Shown here: piece by piece, positions 1 to 10,260 of the stretch | How positions within the stretch are numbered: position 1 is the stretch's first letter | Layout of the letters: each line of letters opens with the position of its first letter | DNA from: a virus | Taxonomy: Duplodnaviria > Heunggongvirae > Uroviricota > Caudoviricetes | IMG/VR virus record: IMGVR_UViG_2609460125_000016 | Coordinates: 1-16,185 of that record | Direction: 5' to 3' (one strand) | DNA length: 16,185 bases | Notes under the pieces: generated by a model | The model's input: only the letters and a program-made list of their open reading frames with translations | The model's database searches: none | What the model was told of the DNA's origin: nothing | Program-made: the position numbers and the translations under genes

Positions 1-183
1 TTAACTCTCAAGCCTCGAGCCAAGCCTGTTTCAGAAGCCCCGTTACCTGATGAACCCATTCAGGGACACGCTGTTGCTGCAAATATCTCTGCGATTGAAA
101 AGCAGATGGAAGCGGCAGCAAACAAAGGGGATGTAGAGACGTACCGCAAGCTCAAGGCGCAACTGAATAAAGGAATTCGATAA
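1..183 (+). CDS. Scaffolding protein (P22 gp8-like), C-terminal fragment; 5-prime end lies outside the window
   Basis: Frame-1 translation ends ...[21 protein letters not shown] at TAA 181-183, overlapping the coat ATG as TAATG. The C-terminal tail resembles the coat-binding end of P22-family scaffold proteins (from memory). Synteny: immediately upstream of coat. Confidence 0.75.
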   Translation, partial: LTLKPRAKPVSEAPLPDEPIQGHAVAANISAIEKQMEAAANKGDVETYRKLKAQLNKGIR

Positions 184-1477
184 TGGCATTAAATGAAGGT
201 CAACTGGTCACGTATGCTCTGGATGAAATCATCGAAACCGTCCAGAACCTGACGCCAATGGCGTCCAAAGTGACAAAATACACCCCTCCGGCAGAATCCA
301 TGCAACGTTCAAGCAACACCGTGTGGATGCCTGTTGAGCAGGAAGCGCCAACTCAGACTGGCTGGGATTTAACTGGAAACGCTACCGGGATTCTGGAGCT
401 CTCCGTAAAATGCAACATGGGTGATCCGGATAACGATTTCTTCGAGCTTCGTGCAGATGACCTGCGTGATGAGCGTTCTTACCGTCGCCGCATCCAGGCA
501 TCCGCCAAAAACTGGCGAATAACATTGAGTCAGCGATTGCCAAACAGGCAACTGAAATGGGCTCGCTTGTTGTTCACGATACCCGCGCAATTGGTCCATC
601 TACTGGCCTGTCTGGCTGGGATTTTGTGTCTGATGCAGAGCGCCTGATGTTCTCCCGTGAGCTAAACCGCGATATGGGCATCAGTTACTTCCTGAACCCT
701 GACGATTACCGCAAAGCAGGCCGCAACCTGGTAGATGGTGACATCTTCGGGCGCGTTACTGAAGACGCGTATCGCAACGGTACTATTCAGCGTCAGATTG
801 CTGGCTTTGATGAAATTCTTCGCTCACCGAAACTTCCGGCAGTTACCAAGTCAACCGCTACTGGTGTAACTGTTTCTGGTGCGCAGAAGTTTAAGCCGCA
901 GGCATACACCCTTGATACCGATGGTAACAAAGAGAACGTCGACAACCGTGTTGCAACGGTGACCGTATCCTCCACCACCGGATTTAAGCGCGGCGACAAA
1001 ATCAGTTTCACTGGTGTGAAATTCCTGTCTCAGATGGCGAAGAACGTGCTAACTGATGATGCTACTTTCTCAATCACCCGTGTGATCGATGGTACTCACA
1101 TCGAAATCACGCCGAAGCCGATTGCACTGGATGACGCGTCACTGACAAAAGAAGAGAAGGCTTACGCTAACGTAAACACCTCTCTTGCTGATACCACTAC
1201 GGTAAACGTTCTGAACGTGGCAACAACCACCGCTAACGTGTTCTGGGCTGATGACTCAATCCGCCTGCTGTCTCAGCCGATCCCGGTAACCCATGAACTG
1301 TTTGCTGGTATGAAAACGTCTTCCTTCAGCATTCCTGGCATTGGTGTTAACGGCATCTTCGCAACGCAGGGTGATATCAACACTCTGTCTGGTAAGTGCC
1401 GTATTGCTGTGTGGTATTCAGCATGTGCTGTACGACCAGAGGCAATTGGTGTTGGTCTGCCTAACCAGACTGCGTGA
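183..1477 (+). pseudogene. Major capsid (coat) protein, P22 gp5-like, interrupted by a 1-nt frame disruption in an A5 run at 507-511
   Basis: ORF 183..647 ([18 protein letters not shown]...[10 protein letters not shown]) and ORF 557..1477 (MGSLVV...[10 protein letters not shown]...GVGLPNQTA*) are consecutive segments of one P22-type coat protein in two frames. The frame changes inside gccaaaaactggcg; one extra A would give ...[23 protein letters not shown]... in a single frame. Confidence 0.85.
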
Positions 1478-1484
1478 TAACCAG

Positions 1485-1508
1485 AGGGAGCTTCGGCTCC
1501 CTTTTTTA
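1485..1508 (+). terminator. Rho-independent terminator just downstream of the coat gene
   Basis: GC-rich 7-bp stem agggagc / gctccct with a ttcg tetraloop (1485-1502), followed directly by a T5-6 run. Confidence 0.7.
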
Positions 1509-1521
1509 TCTGGAGACAAGC

Positions 1522-1776
1522 ATGACACACATGATCTTTCGTCATGGCGACATGAAGAAATGGAAAGGCGTTGGATACGACTTTGAAATCGTGAAAGCCG
1601 AAGAGCTTCAGGAATATCTGGATGCTGGCTGGTTTGCACATCCTGATGATCTTCTGAAGGATGTTGCAGAGCCAGATCCAGATCCAGAGCCAGAGCCAGA
1701 GCAAGAAGAAAAACAGCGTAAAAAGCCTGGTCGAAAACCTAAGGCGGCAGCAGATGAACCTGACAACGAAGGGTGA
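1522..1776 (+). CDS. Small acidic hypothetical protein (84 aa) with a [10 protein letters not shown] low-complexity segment and a basic C-terminal tail
   Basis: ATG at 1522 preceded by GGAG (1512-1515) at good spacing. [41 protein letters not shown]...[34 protein letters not shown]. Sits between the coat terminator and gp4 and overlaps the gp4 start by 23 nt. I do not recognise a known function. Confidence 0.55.
   Translation: MTHMIFRHGDMKKWKGVGYDFEIVKAEELQEYLDAGWFAHPDDLLKDVAEPDPDPEPEPEQEEKQRKKPGRKPKAAADEPDNEG
1665..1706 (+). repeat. Tandem hexanucleotide repeat (NCMAGA, about 7 units) inside the small ORF
   Basis: tgcaga gccaga tccaga tccaga gccaga gccaga gcaaga read directly; encodes (E)[12 protein letters not shown] in the ORF frame. 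Confidence 0.9.
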
Positions 1777-2254
1777 TTTAGTTCTTGCGGCATTACGTAA
1801 GCTCGGTGTGGCATCAAATGCCACGTTAACCGATGTCGAACCGCAGTCCATGGAAGATGGCGTCAACGACCTTGAAATGATGATGGCTGAATGGCTTGGC
1901 GGTGATGTGTCACCTGGTATCAACGTTGGCTACATTTTTGCTGATGCAGATGTCGCTCCAGATCCGGGAGATGAGCACGGATTATCAAATAACGCTATAA
2001 ATGCCGTCATTTTCAACCTTGCCTGCCGCATTGCTCCAGATTATGCGCTGGAAGCGTCAGCAAAACTTATAACGACTGCCAGATACGGGAAAGAGCGACT
2101 CGTCAAACTGTCTGCAATGGACAGAGCAAAAGCCGCTAAATGTAAGTCAGGTTATCCAAACCGTATGCCTGTTGGTAGCGGTAATCAGTTGGCGAAGTGG
2201 AACGGTTGGAATTACTTCCATCGGAAGGAACCTTGCGATAACGGGAGCGAATAA
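1754..2254 (+). CDS. Head completion / tail accessory protein, P22 gp4-like
   Basis: Translation from ATG 1754: [47 protein letters not shown]...[17 protein letters not shown]..., matching the P22 gp4 N-terminus as recalled ([29 protein letters not shown]). Synteny after coat. Confidence 0.85.
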   Translation: MNLTTKGDLVLAALRKLGVASNATLTDVEPQSMEDGVNDLEMMMAEWLGGDVSPGINVGYIFADADVAPDPGDEHGLSNNAINAVIFNLACRIAPDYALEASAKLITTARYGKERLVKLSAMDRAKAAKCKSGYPNRMPVGSGNQLAKWNGWNYFHRKEPCDNGSE

Positions 2255-3672
2255 TGCCGATTCAGCAACTTCCGCTTATGAAAGGTGTCGGCAAAGACTT
2301 TAGAAACGCCGACTATATCGACTATCTGCCAGTGAATATGTTGGCTACACCCAAAGAAATCCTGAACAGCAGCGGATATCTTCGCTCATTCCCGGGCATT
2401 GCCAAACGCTCTGATGTAAACGGCGTATCGCGCGGAGTTGAGTACAACATGGCGCAGAGTGCTGTTTATCGCGTGTGTGGCGGCAAGCTCTACAAAGGCG
2501 AAAGTGAAGTCGGTGATGTTGCCGGAAGTGGTCGCGTATCAATGGCGCATGGTCGAACATCTCAGGCGGTAGGCGTTAACGGGCAACTGGTCGAATACCG
2601 CTATGATGGCACGGTTAAAACCGTCTCAAACTGGCCTGCAGACAGCGGGTTTACGCAGTATGAGTTAGGTTCGGTTCGTGATATTACGCGCTTACGTGGG
2701 CGTTATGCGTGGTCAAAAGACGGTACTGATTCATGGTTTATCACTGACCTTGAAGACGAATCGCACCCTGACCGCTACAGCGCACAATATCGCGCAGAAT
2801 CGCAGCCTGACGGCATCATCGGCATCGGAACATGGCGAGACTTCATCGTCTGCTTTGGTTCATCAACGATTGAATATTTCTCCCTGACTGGTGCAACCAC
2901 TGTTGGTGCCGCGTTGTATGTCGCACAGCCATCGCTGATGGTGCAGAAAGGCATTGCCGGAACTTACTGCAAAACGCCGTTTGCTGATTCCTATGCGTTT
3001 ATCAGCAATCCGGCAACAGGTGCGCCGTCTGTATATATCATCGGCTCCGGTCAGGTATCACCAATCGCCAGCGCGAGCATTGAGAAAATACTACGCTCCT
3101 ACACTGCTGATGAACTGGCTGATGGCGTGATGGAATCGTTGCGGTTTGATGCGCATGAGTTACTGATTATCCACCTTCCGCGCCATGTTCTCGTGTACGA
3201 CGCATCTTCAAGCGCCAATGGTCCGCAATGGTGTGTGCTGAAAACAGGTCTGTATGACGATGTGTACCGCGCTATCGACTTCATTTACGAAGGCAATCAG
3301 ATAACGTGCGGCGATAAGCTGGAGTCCGTGACCGGGAAATTGCAATTCGACATCAGCAGCCAGTACGACAAGCAACAGGAACATCTTCTGTTTACTCCGC
3401 TGTTCAAAGCGGATAACGCCAGAGTGTTCGACCTTGAGGTTGAATCGTCAACTGGCGTTGCTCAGTACGCTGACCGCCTTTTTCTCTCTGCAACCACTGA
3501 CGGCATAAATTACGGTCGTGAGCAGATGATTGAGCAGAATGAACCGTTCGTTTACGACAAACGTGTTTTGTGGAAGCGAGTCGGGCGCATCAGGAAAAAT
3601 GTCGGCTTCAAATTGCGCATTATCACGAAGTCACCAGTCACTCTGTCTGGCGCTCAGATAAGGATTGAGTAA
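2254..3672 (+). CDS. Tail accessory / packaged-DNA stabilisation protein, P22 gp10-like
   Basis: 472-aa ORF starting [49 protein letters not shown]..., near-colinear with P22 gp10 as recalled. RBS gggagcgaataATG; TAATG overlap with gp4. Confidence 0.9.
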   Translation: MPIQQLPLMKGVGKDFRNADYIDYLPVNMLATPKEILNSSGYLRSFPGIAKRSDVNGVSRGVEYNMAQSAVYRVCGGKLYKGESEVGDVAGSGRVSMAHGRTSQAVGVNGQLVEYRYDGTVKTVSNWPADSGFTQYELGSVRDITRLRGRYAWSKDGTDSWFITDLEDESHPDRYSAQYRAESQPDGIIGIGTWRDFIVCFGSSTIEYFSLTGATTVGAALYVAQPSLMVQKGIAGTYCKTPFADSYAFISNPATGAPSVYIIGSGQVSPIASASIEKILRSYTADELADGVMESLRFDAHELLIIHLPRHVLVYDASSSANGPQWCVLKTGLYDDVYRAIDFIYEGNQITCGDKLESVTGKLQFDISSQYDKQQEHLLFTPLFKADNARVFDLEVESSTGVAQYADRLFLSATTDGINYGREQMIEQNEPFVYDKRVLWKRVGRIRKNVGFKLRIITKSPVTLSGAQIRIE

Positions 3673-4520
3673 TGGCGGATTCGAATCTCAATGTGCCGGT
3701 AATCATTCAGGCTACACGGCTCGACACATCAGTCCTTCCACGCAATATCTTCTCGCAGTCGTATCTGCTTTACGTTATCGCACAGGGCACTGATGTTGGT
3801 AACGTGGCTAACAAGGCCAACGAGGCCGGGCAGGGCGCTTATGACGCACAAGTCAGGAACGATGAGCAGGATGTGATTCTGGTCGATCACGAAATTCGAC
3901 TGGCATCAGCTGAAGCGAAGATACAGGACCACGAAACAAGGATCACTAACGCAGAAGCAGCGATAGTCAGCCTTGACTCACGATTAACGACAGCAGAAAA
4001 CGATATTGATTATCTGACGGATGAAGTTGTCGCCATTCAAAACACGCTCTCAGACCATGAAACGCGCATCGATGCTCTTGAGTATGCCACTACTCGTAAG
4101 AAATCAGAGGTTGTTTACTCTGGCGTATCAGTCACCATCCCGACAGCGCCGACTAACCTTGTTAGCCTGCTGAAAACGCTCACGCCGTCATCCGGGACGT
4201 TGGCACCATTCTTCGACACTGTTAACAACAAGATGGTTGTGTTCAACGAGAACAAAACCTTGTTCTTCAAGCTGTCGATCGTCGGGACGTGGCCCAGCGG
4301 AACCGCCAACAGGTCAATGCAGCTAACCTTTTCCGGCTCTGTTCCTGATACGCTGGTCAGCAGTCGTAATGCGGCGACAACAACCGACAACATCCTGTTA
4401 GCTACGTTCTTCAGCGTGGATAAAGACGGCTTTCTTGCCACAAATGGAAGCACGTTAACCATTCAGTCAAATGGTGCGGCGTTTACTGCCACAACCATCA
4501 AGATAATCGCGGAGCAGTAA
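3672..4520 (+). CDS. Tail needle protein (gp26-like N-terminal domain) with a divergent, probably knob-type C-terminal domain
   Basis: N-terminus [68 protein letters not shown] matches the P22 gp26 N-terminus as recalled, followed by a heptad-like coiled-coil segment. The C-terminal ~140 aa is unlike the P22 gp26 tip and resembles the knob-bearing needles of Sf6/HK620-type phages. Confidence 0.8.
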   Translation: MADSNLNVPVIIQATRLDTSVLPRNIFSQSYLLYVIAQGTDVGNVANKANEAGQGAYDAQVRNDEQDVILVDHEIRLASAEAKIQDHETRITNAEAAIVSLDSRLTTAENDIDYLTDEVVAIQNTLSDHETRIDALEYATTRKKSEVVYSGVSVTIPTAPTNLVSLLKTLTPSSGTLAPFFDTVNNKMVVFNENKTLFFKLSIVGTWPSGTANRSMQLTFSGSVPDTLVSSRNAATTTDNILLATFFSVDKDGFLATNGSTLTIQSNGAAFTATTIKIIAEQ

Positions 4521-4975
4521 TGATTCAGTTCAAACCAACGCGAAACATCGACCTGATCGAAGCAGTCGGAAATCACCCTGACATTATTGCCGGGAGCAAC
4601 AACGGTGATGGATACGACTACAAGCCTGAATGCCGTTACTTTGAGGTTAACGTGCACGGTCAGTTTGGCGGCATTGTTTACTATCAGGAGATTCAGCCGC
4701 TGACATTCGATTGCCACGCCATGTACCTGCCAGAGGTTCGTGGATTCAGCAAGGAAATCGGGCTGGCGTTCTGGCGATACATTCTGACTAACACCACCGT
4801 TCAGTGCGTCACATCGTTCGCTGCACGCAAATTCCGCCACGGGCAGATGTACTGCGCAATGATTGGCCTTAAGCGTGTAGGGACCATCAAGAAATACTTC
4901 AAAGGCGTGGATGACGTGACGTTTTACAGCGCCACACGCGAAGAACTAATCGACTTCCTGAATCACGGGAGATAG
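4520..4975 (+). CDS. Virion assembly protein at the P22 gp14 position (assigned by synteny)
   Basis: 151-aa ORF with TAATG-type coupling to the needle gene, located between the needle and the ejection proteins as gene 14 is in P22-like phages. I cannot confirm sequence identity from memory. Confidence 0.5.
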   Translation: MIQFKPTRNIDLIEAVGNHPDIIAGSNNGDGYDYKPECRYFEVNVHGQFGGIVYYQEIQPLTFDCHAMYLPEVRGFSKEIGLAFWRYILTNTTVQCVTSFAARKFRHGQMYCAMIGLKRVGTIKKYFKGVDDVTFYSATREELIDFLNHGR

Positions 4976-4977
4976 CC

Positions 4978-5673
4978 ATGTTATATGCATTTAAGCTGGG
5001 CAGAAAACTGCGCGGCGAGGAACCTTATTGCCCTGAAAAAGGCGGGAAAGGTGGCAGTTCTGATAAAAGTGCAAAGTATGCCGCAGAAGCTCAGAAGTAT
5101 GCCGCAGACCTGCAGAATCAGCAGTGGCAGACGATCATGAAAAACCTTGCTCCGTTCACGCCACTCGCTCAGCAGTACGTATCACAATTGCAGAATCTTT
5201 CCTCTCTTCAGGGGCAAGGTCAGGCACTTAACCAGTATTACAACTCTCAGCAGTACAAAGATCTTGCTGGTCAGGCTCGCTATCAGAGTCTGGCGGCAGC
5301 GGAAGCAACAGGTGGATTGGGTTCCACTGCAACCGGTAATCAGTTAGCAACAATCGCACCAACGCTTGGTCAGCAATGGCTATCTGGTCAGATGAACAAC
5401 TACCAGAATCTGGCAAATATTGGTCTTGGCGCACTGCAAGGTCAGGCAAACGCCGGGCAGACATATGCCAACAACATGAGTCAGATTTCGCAGCAAAGTG
5501 CGGCTCTTGCCGCTGCTAATGCCAATAAACCATCAGGTCTTCAGACAGCAATTAGCGGCGGAGCTTCAGGGGCTATGACTGGCGCTGCTCTTGGCTCTAT
5601 TGTTCCAGGACTTGGCACTGGATTAGGTGCGGCAATTGGCGGCGGACTTGGCCTGCTTGGCTCGTTGTTTTAA
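4978..5673 (+). CDS. Ejection (internal virion) protein, P22 gp7-like
   Basis: 231 aa, N-terminus MLYAFKLGRKLRGEEPYCPEKGGKGGSS resembles P22 gp7 as recalled. Q/N/G-rich middle and Gly/Ala-rich hydrophobic C-terminus; size and position match. Confidence 0.75.
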   Translation: MLYAFKLGRKLRGEEPYCPEKGGKGGSSDKSAKYAAEAQKYAADLQNQQWQTIMKNLAPFTPLAQQYVSQLQNLSSLQGQGQALNQYYNSQQYKDLAGQARYQSLAAAEATGGLGSTATGNQLATIAPTLGQQWLSGQMNNYQNLANIGLGALQGQANAGQTYANNMSQISQQSAALAAANANKPSGLQTAISGGASGAMTGAALGSIVPGLGTGLGAAIGGGLGLLGSLF

Positions 5674-5682
5674 GGGGTAATC

Positions 5683-7089
5683 ATGGCTACTTGGCAAGGA
5701 ACAAACGGCGGATTGTTGGCTGGTATCGGCGGCGTCAACTCAAACGCTCCGAGCGTAAATGACATCGGCAATACGCTTCAGCTTATCAGGCAGAACAATG
5801 ATATTGAGCGTTCAGGCGCTAACAATGTTGGGCTGACGGCTTTGCAAGGTCTTTCAGGTATTGCGGGTGTTTTTCAGCAGGAAAAGCAGGCTCAGCGGCA
5901 GAAAGAATTTCAGCAGGCGTACGCTAATGCTTATGCGTCTGGTGATCGCGGTGCTTTGCGTCAGTTGGCTACTGAATATCCAGACCAGATTGAATCCGTT
6001 CGTAAAGGCATGGGATTCATTGATGAAGACCAGCGCAATTCCATCGGTACCTTAGCGGCTGGCGCTCGCCTTGCGGCATCGTCTCCAGAAGCGATGCAAT
6101 CATGGCTGCAAAACAACGCCAAGGAACTGGTGCGCGTCGGCGTTGACCCTAATAACGTTGCTCAGATGTATCAGCAGAACCCTTCAGGATTTGGTGAGTT
6201 TGTTGATCACCTTGGAATGGCCGCGCTTGGTCCGATTGATTACTTCAATGTTCAGGACAAGATGGCTGGTCGTGAAATTGACCGAGGCAGGCTGGCAGAG
6301 ACAATCCGCAGCAATCAGGCTGGCGAGGCACTTCAGGCGAGAGGGCAAAACCTTTCCTATCAGTCAGCAATGACTGGGCACAATATCGCAGCACAACGCT
6401 TGGCTCTGGATCAGCAAGAGTTCGTGTTTAAGATGCAGCAAGCGCAGGAAAAGGCTCAGCAGTTGATTAGCGAAGCACCTAAGCTGTCAGTAAACATGGA
6501 AAAAGGCATCGAGACGGCTGTAAACAATGCCACAGCATCATCAAACTCAGCCAATTCTATGAGTGCGCTTGCTCAACAGTTCAGAGCAGAAAAACCAACG
6601 ACAGGTTTGTTCGGTAACGCACAGAACATGTTCGCAAAACTTACCGGAAGCGATACAACATTGCGTGATTTGCGCATTCGCCAAAATGCCCTTGTTAACA
6701 GTCAGGTCCTTAAATTCCTACCTCCCGGCCCAGCAACGGATAAAGACGTTGAGATCGTTCGGCAGGGTGCGCCAACTGACATGGATAACCCTGAGACGGT
6801 CGCAAGATGGCTTGATGCAATGGCAAACCTTGAGCGACGAAACGCGCAGTTTAATGAGTTTAAAGCCGAGTGGATGAGCGCGAATGGCAACCCTGGACAA
6901 TCGCGTAATGGCGGTCAGATATTGGGGTTGGATGTTAAAAAAGGTGAATCATTGGGGAGTGCCGTTAAGCGGTATATGTCAATGAATACTGACGCAGCGC
7001 CAGCACAAGATTCGACACCTTCAGGAGAACCACGGAATCAGGTTGGATCATATACCTCAAAATCAGGCATTCAATTTACGGTGGAATGA
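5683..7089 (+). CDS. Ejection (internal virion) protein, P22 gp20-like
   Basis: 468 aa (P22 gp20 is of similar length, as recalled); RBS aaggggtaatcATG; lies between the gp7-like and gp16-like genes. Confidence 0.7.
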   Translation: MATWQGTNGGLLAGIGGVNSNAPSVNDIGNTLQLIRQNNDIERSGANNVGLTALQGLSGIAGVFQQEKQAQRQKEFQQAYANAYASGDRGALRQLATEYPDQIESVRKGMGFIDEDQRNSIGTLAAGARLAASSPEAMQSWLQNNAKELVRVGVDPNNVAQMYQQNPSGFGEFVDHLGMAALGPIDYFNVQDKMAGREIDRGRLAETIRSNQAGEALQARGQNLSYQSAMTGHNIAAQRLALDQQEFVFKMQQAQEKAQQLISEAPKLSVNMEKGIETAVNNATASSNSANSMSALAQQFRAEKPTTGLFGNAQNMFAKLTGSDTTLRDLRIRQNALVNSQVLKFLPPGPATDKDVEIVRQGAPTDMDNPETVARWLDAMANLERRNAQFNEFKAEWMSANGNPGQSRNGGQILGLDVKKGESLGSAVKRYMSMNTDAAPAQDSTPSGEPRNQVGSYTSKSGIQFTVE

Positions 7090-9350
7090 TGAAAGTAACT
7101 GCAAACGGTAAGACATTTACCTTTCCTGATGGTACAAGCACCGAAGATATTGGCACCGCCATTGATGAGTATTTTGCTGGTCAGGCTGTTCAGCAACAAA
7201 CAGTTAATCAGGCCAATAATGCACCAACACGGGAAGAACCCTCATTGATGCAACAAGCTGGCGATTGGCTCACTGGTGGTCAAAGTGCAGGGCAAATTGC
7301 AGAGCAGGCTGGTCGTGGTCTGGTAAACATACCATTCGACGTATTACAGGGCGGCGCAAGCCTGATTAATGCAATCAGTCAGGGGCTTGGTGGGCCAAAA
7401 GTATTGGATGATGTCTATCGTCCAGTCGACCGACCGACAGATCCTTACGCGCAAGCTGGAGAGTCAATAGGCGGTTATCTTGTTCCTGGAGCAGGTGTAA
7501 CTGGAAACATGGTCATTGGTTCTCTCGCTGACGCGGCGAATCAACGGGGTGATTTTGCCGAAAATGCCGCTATTAATGCCGGACTTAACATTGCTACGCA
7601 TGGCCTGATAAATGGCGTTACCCATGGTGTTCGTGGTGCATCAAATATAATTAGTGGCAATAAAACATCTGCACAGAGAGCGACCACTGCGGCAACAGAA
7701 ACATCACCATTCTCCGGTACTGCGCCAACAGAAACATCACCATTCTCCGGTGATGCCGCTGCAGCAACAAATCCTGCGGTTCATGCCGCAGAGGCAAGAG
7801 CAGCACAAGGTGTACCAATGACGCCTGCGACGAGGGACCCAGAGGAGGTCGTCCGCACAGTAGCAGCACAAAAAAGGCCAAATCTCGCTTCATCGCTTGA
7901 TGAACTAGATATCAATCCTCAGGCTGAAGTTCTGGAGTCTGCTGAAAGGCTTAATGTTGATTCATTACTCCCTTCACACTTTTCCGGGAACGAGCAATAC
8001 AAGGCAGTTGAGCAAGCAATCAAGTCCCGTGCGGGTTCTGCTCTACGGGTGCAGGAAAATGAAGCAATCAGGCAACTAGCACAGGGCGCGGGGGAGATAA
8101 TTGATCGCGTTTCCGGTGCAAAAGATGCTCTTGGTATGAGCGACAAGTTTATTGATACGATCAATGGAAGAATGTCTGCGCTGATGAAACGAAGCGACCA
8201 GCTTTATCGCAATGTTGAAAAGGCGATGCCTGCAGGTGCAAAAATTGATGCGCCATCAACAAGGTCAATGCTCAAACAGGTGGCAGAAGATCTTGGCGGG
8301 ATGAAAAACCTTGACCCTATTGAAAAGAGAGTCTTTCGGGCAGTTAATCCAGGCAAGAACGGCGCATTAACTTATGCAAATCTCAATAAGCAACGACGAC
8401 TTGTTGGTGATGCACTTCATAAGAATTCTGGACCATATAAAGATGCTGATCGCGCTGCTTTATCGAGGCTTTACGGTTCGCTCGCCGATGATCAAAAGGC
8501 GGCGCTGTCAGAGACAAATGCATTACGTGATTTTGAAGTTGCTCAGAGGCTTGTTCAGATGCGAAAAAGCATGGAAGAGCAAATGATTAATCTAACTGGC
8601 AGAACGCTGAACGGTGATGTTTCTCGCAAAGCAACTACAGCACTACAGGCAATGTCGAAAGGCGATGCCAAAGGATTTCGTGAATTGATGCAAAACACGC
8701 CGTCCAGGAAGCTAAGAACCGAGCTACTGGGAACAGGTCTTCGGGATATGCTTTCGAACGGAAAACGTGGCGCTGATTTTAATCCTGCAGGGTTTGCTGA
8801 CTGGTATCAAAACATGTTAGCAAACGGGCAGATGCGCAATCTTGCCAGACATTTACCAAAAGAGACTATGTCAGGTCTGAACGATGTATATAAGGTCGCA
8901 AAGGCTATCAAAGATGCAAAATCTTACGAGATAACTACAGGAAGACTAAACGAGTTCGTCAAACGGTTTAATCGCGTCACTGCGGCAAATGAATTTGTTG
9001 CTAACCATGCCCAACGCATTGGCACTGCGGTTGGTTCAACTGTGTCAGGACCGTTCAGTGCAGTAGGTGCTGTTGCTGGGTCAGAAATTGGGGCAAAAGT
9101 CGCCAGCAAAATCAGGGCGATGGGCGGCGCTGCATCAATGGAATCTGCAGAAAAGCTAATTAGCTCACCAGAATTCCAGAAAGCAGCAAGACTGGCAGTA
9201 AGACAAGCACCAGAAAGCATCGTTGATACAACTGTAAGACGCTCTTCTGCTTGGCGATCGTTTTACAACTCACTTCCAGAATCAGATAAGAAAACCATAT
9301 CAAGGCTAGGCATCATGTACTGGATGAACAGTGATGATAACCAGAAGTAA
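7086..9350 (+). CDS. Ejection (internal virion) protein, P22 gp16-like, enlarged with an internal low-complexity region
   Basis: 754-aa ORF overlapping the gp20-like stop (ATGATG start at 7086). Last large gene before the immI position, as gene 16 is in P22. Ala/Thr/Ser/Gly-rich segments including an 11-aa tandem duplication. Confidence 0.65.
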   Translation: MMKVTANGKTFTFPDGTSTEDIGTAIDEYFAGQAVQQQTVNQANNAPTREEPSLMQQAGDWLTGGQSAGQIAEQAGRGLVNIPFDVLQGGASLINAISQGLGGPKVLDDVYRPVDRPTDPYAQAGESIGGYLVPGAGVTGNMVIGSLADAANQRGDFAENAAINAGLNIATHGLINGVTHGVRGASNIISGNKTSAQRATTAATETSPFSGTAPTETSPFSGDAAAATNPAVHAAEARAAQGVPMTPATRDPEEVVRTVAAQKRPNLASSLDELDINPQAEVLESAERLNVDSLLPSHFSGNEQYKAVEQAIKSRAGSALRVQENEAIRQLAQGAGEIIDRVSGAKDALGMSDKFIDTINGRMSALMKRSDQLYRNVEKAMPAGAKIDAPSTRSMLKQVAEDLGGMKNLDPIEKRVFRAVNPGKNGALTYANLNKQRRLVGDALHKNSGPYKDADRAALSRLYGSLADDQKAALSETNALRDFEVAQRLVQMRKSMEEQMINLTGRTLNGDVSRKATTALQAMSKGDAKGFRELMQNTPSRKLRTELLGTGLRDMLSNGKRGADFNPAGFADWYQNMLANGQMRNLARHLPKETMSGLNDVYKVAKAIKDAKSYEITTGRLNEFVKRFNRVTAANEFVANHAQRIGTAVGSTVSGPFSAVGAVAGSEIGAKVASKIRAMGGAASMESAEKLISSPEFQKAARLAVRQAPESIVDTTVRRSSAWRSFYNSLPESDKKTISRLGIMYWMNSDDNQK
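7686..7751 (+). repeat. 33-bp in-frame tandem duplication (2 units, 32/33 identical) inside the gp16-like gene
   Basis: actgcgGcaacagaaacatcaccattctccggt followed by actgcgCcaacagaaacatcaccattctccggt; encodes [11 protein letters not shown] then [11 protein letters not shown]. Confidence 0.95.
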
Positions 9351-9367
9351 CGGAAAGCCACGGATGG

Positions 9368-9628
9368 TTAGTTGCAGTCTTTTTTATATAGCTCTTTGAG
9401 AGTATCAAAGACAATTTTCTTAACCATATCGGATTGTTGGTCTGCAATACGCTCTGCATCGTCAATGTAAACAGATGCAGAGCTTTGTTTAGCCAATGAT
9501 TCTTCAATCGCTGCAATTATCTCTGAGTTCAGCGACCTGTTATTCATCTTCGCACGCTGCTTAATTTTCGCGTGGAGTTCATGCGGAAGTCTCAAGTGAA
9601 ACTGCGCCTCGTCGTATTTGCTGTACAT
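9368..9628 (-). CDS. mnt: Mnt-like ribbon-helix-helix repressor (Arc/MetJ family)
   Basis: Minus-strand ORF from ATG (rc) at 9628 with AAGGA RBS: MYSKYDEAQFHLRLPHELHAKIKQRAKMNNRSLNSEIIAAIEESLAKQ...DDAERIADQQSDMVKKIVFDTLKELYKKDCN. Aligns over its length with P22 Mnt as recalled (...NGRSMNSELLQIV...NDAERLADEQSELVKKMVFDTLKDLYKK). Same position and orientation as mnt in P22 immI. Confidence 0.75.
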   Translation of the reverse strand: MYSKYDEAQFHLRLPHELHAKIKQRAKMNNRSLNSEIIAAIEESLAKQSSASVYIDDAERIADQQSDMVKKIVFDTLKELYKKDCN

Positions 9629-9759
9629 CCTTGATGCCTCACCAATTGGGTGGAATGGCATCGTAACTTACTGGATAAATACTCAATAGTACCATTTCGG
9701 TATGCAATCACATCATGGTTGCATCATATCATTCGTCTGGAGCAATGAAATGTCAGATA
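9629..9759 (-). promoter_or_regulatory. Putative mnt promoter/operator region (intergenic, between the HNH gene and mnt)
   Basis: 131-bp non-coding gap directly upstream of mnt containing short inverted motifs (atgcaa...ttgcat flanking catcat repeats). No P22 O-mnt-like palindrome recognised. Assignment is positional only. Confidence 0.25.
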
Positions 9760-10260
9760 TCACCTACTCAACAGATGGTCAGCAACCATGTTTGCTGCCT
9801 TATAAGCTATAGCCGCTTCATCAATGGTGTTGAATCTCCCAAGGGTTATGTTTTTACCTGAGACATTTATCTGAGCTTGCCATTGATTTCTGGCTTGACA
9901 GAAAGTTACCCCCTTGATTCCAGCATTGCTATTTCGAGGTCCGACATTTAATGCATTTACGACTCTGCTGACATCCCTAAGGTTTGAGATTGCGTTATTT
10001 CTTCTGTTTCTATCAATGTGGTCAATCTCTTGTTTGGGCCATTCGCCATATACATACAGCCAGGCAAGTCTATGTGCAAAATATCTTACGCCATCAATAT
10101 TAATTGCGTTATATCCATAAGAAATTGTGCCAGCAACTTTCCCAACAGCACCTCTGGCGCTTAATTTCTTTTTCCAAGTGAAAATTCCTGTTTCTTTATT
10201 GTAATCGAGAACCTCCATAAGGCGCTCCCGAGTTACTACCTCGTGACGTCTCTTACTCAT
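9760..10260 (-). CDS. HNH homing-type endonuclease with C-terminal AP2-like DNA-binding domain
   Basis: Start ATG (rc) at 10260 with RBS ggagaaaataATG. Protein MSKRRHEVV...[32 protein letters not shown] (HNH motif) ...[45 protein letters not shown] (AP2-like). The in-frame ATG at 10302 lacks an RBS. Confidence 0.8.
   Translation of the reverse strand: MSKRRHEVVTRERLMEVLDYNKETGIFTWKKKLSARGAVGKVAGTISYGYNAINIDGVRYFAHRLAWLYVYGEWPKQEIDHIDRNRRNNAISNLRDVSRVVNALNVGPRNSNAGIKGVTFCQARNQWQAQINVSGKNITLGRFNTIDEAAIAYKAANMVADHLLSR

Noticed and set aside
495-520. Programmed -1 ribosomal frameshift site in the coat gene
   Set aside because: C-AAA-AAC is not a canonical X-XXY-YYZ slippery heptamer, there is no obvious downstream stimulatory structure, and an essential structural protein is unlikely to depend on recoding. 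A 1-nt deletion or sequencing error is more parsimonious.
1273-1923. 216-aa minus-strand ORF (contains WLWLWIWIW)
   Set aside because: It is antisense to the coat 3-prime end, the small ORF and the gp4 start; its odd repeat is the reverse translation of the hexanucleotide repeat. No RBS and it overlaps well-supported genes.
7651-7893. 80-aa minus-strand ORF with repeated RRMVMFLL
   Set aside because: Antisense artefact of the 33-bp tandem duplication inside the gp16-like gene.
9629-9661. Longer Mnt start at 9661 (MPFHPIGEASR...)
   Set aside because: The internal ATG at 9628 has an AAGGA RBS and gives an 86-aa protein matching the length of P22 Mnt (83 aa as recalled); the upstream extension has no RBS.
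9715-9810. Short plus-strand ORFs in the mnt/HNH intergenic region as possible arc-like gene (e.g. ATG 9749, 20 aa)
   Set aside because: Too short, run antisense into the HNH gene, and show no ribbon-helix-helix N-terminal pattern; most likely chance ORFs.
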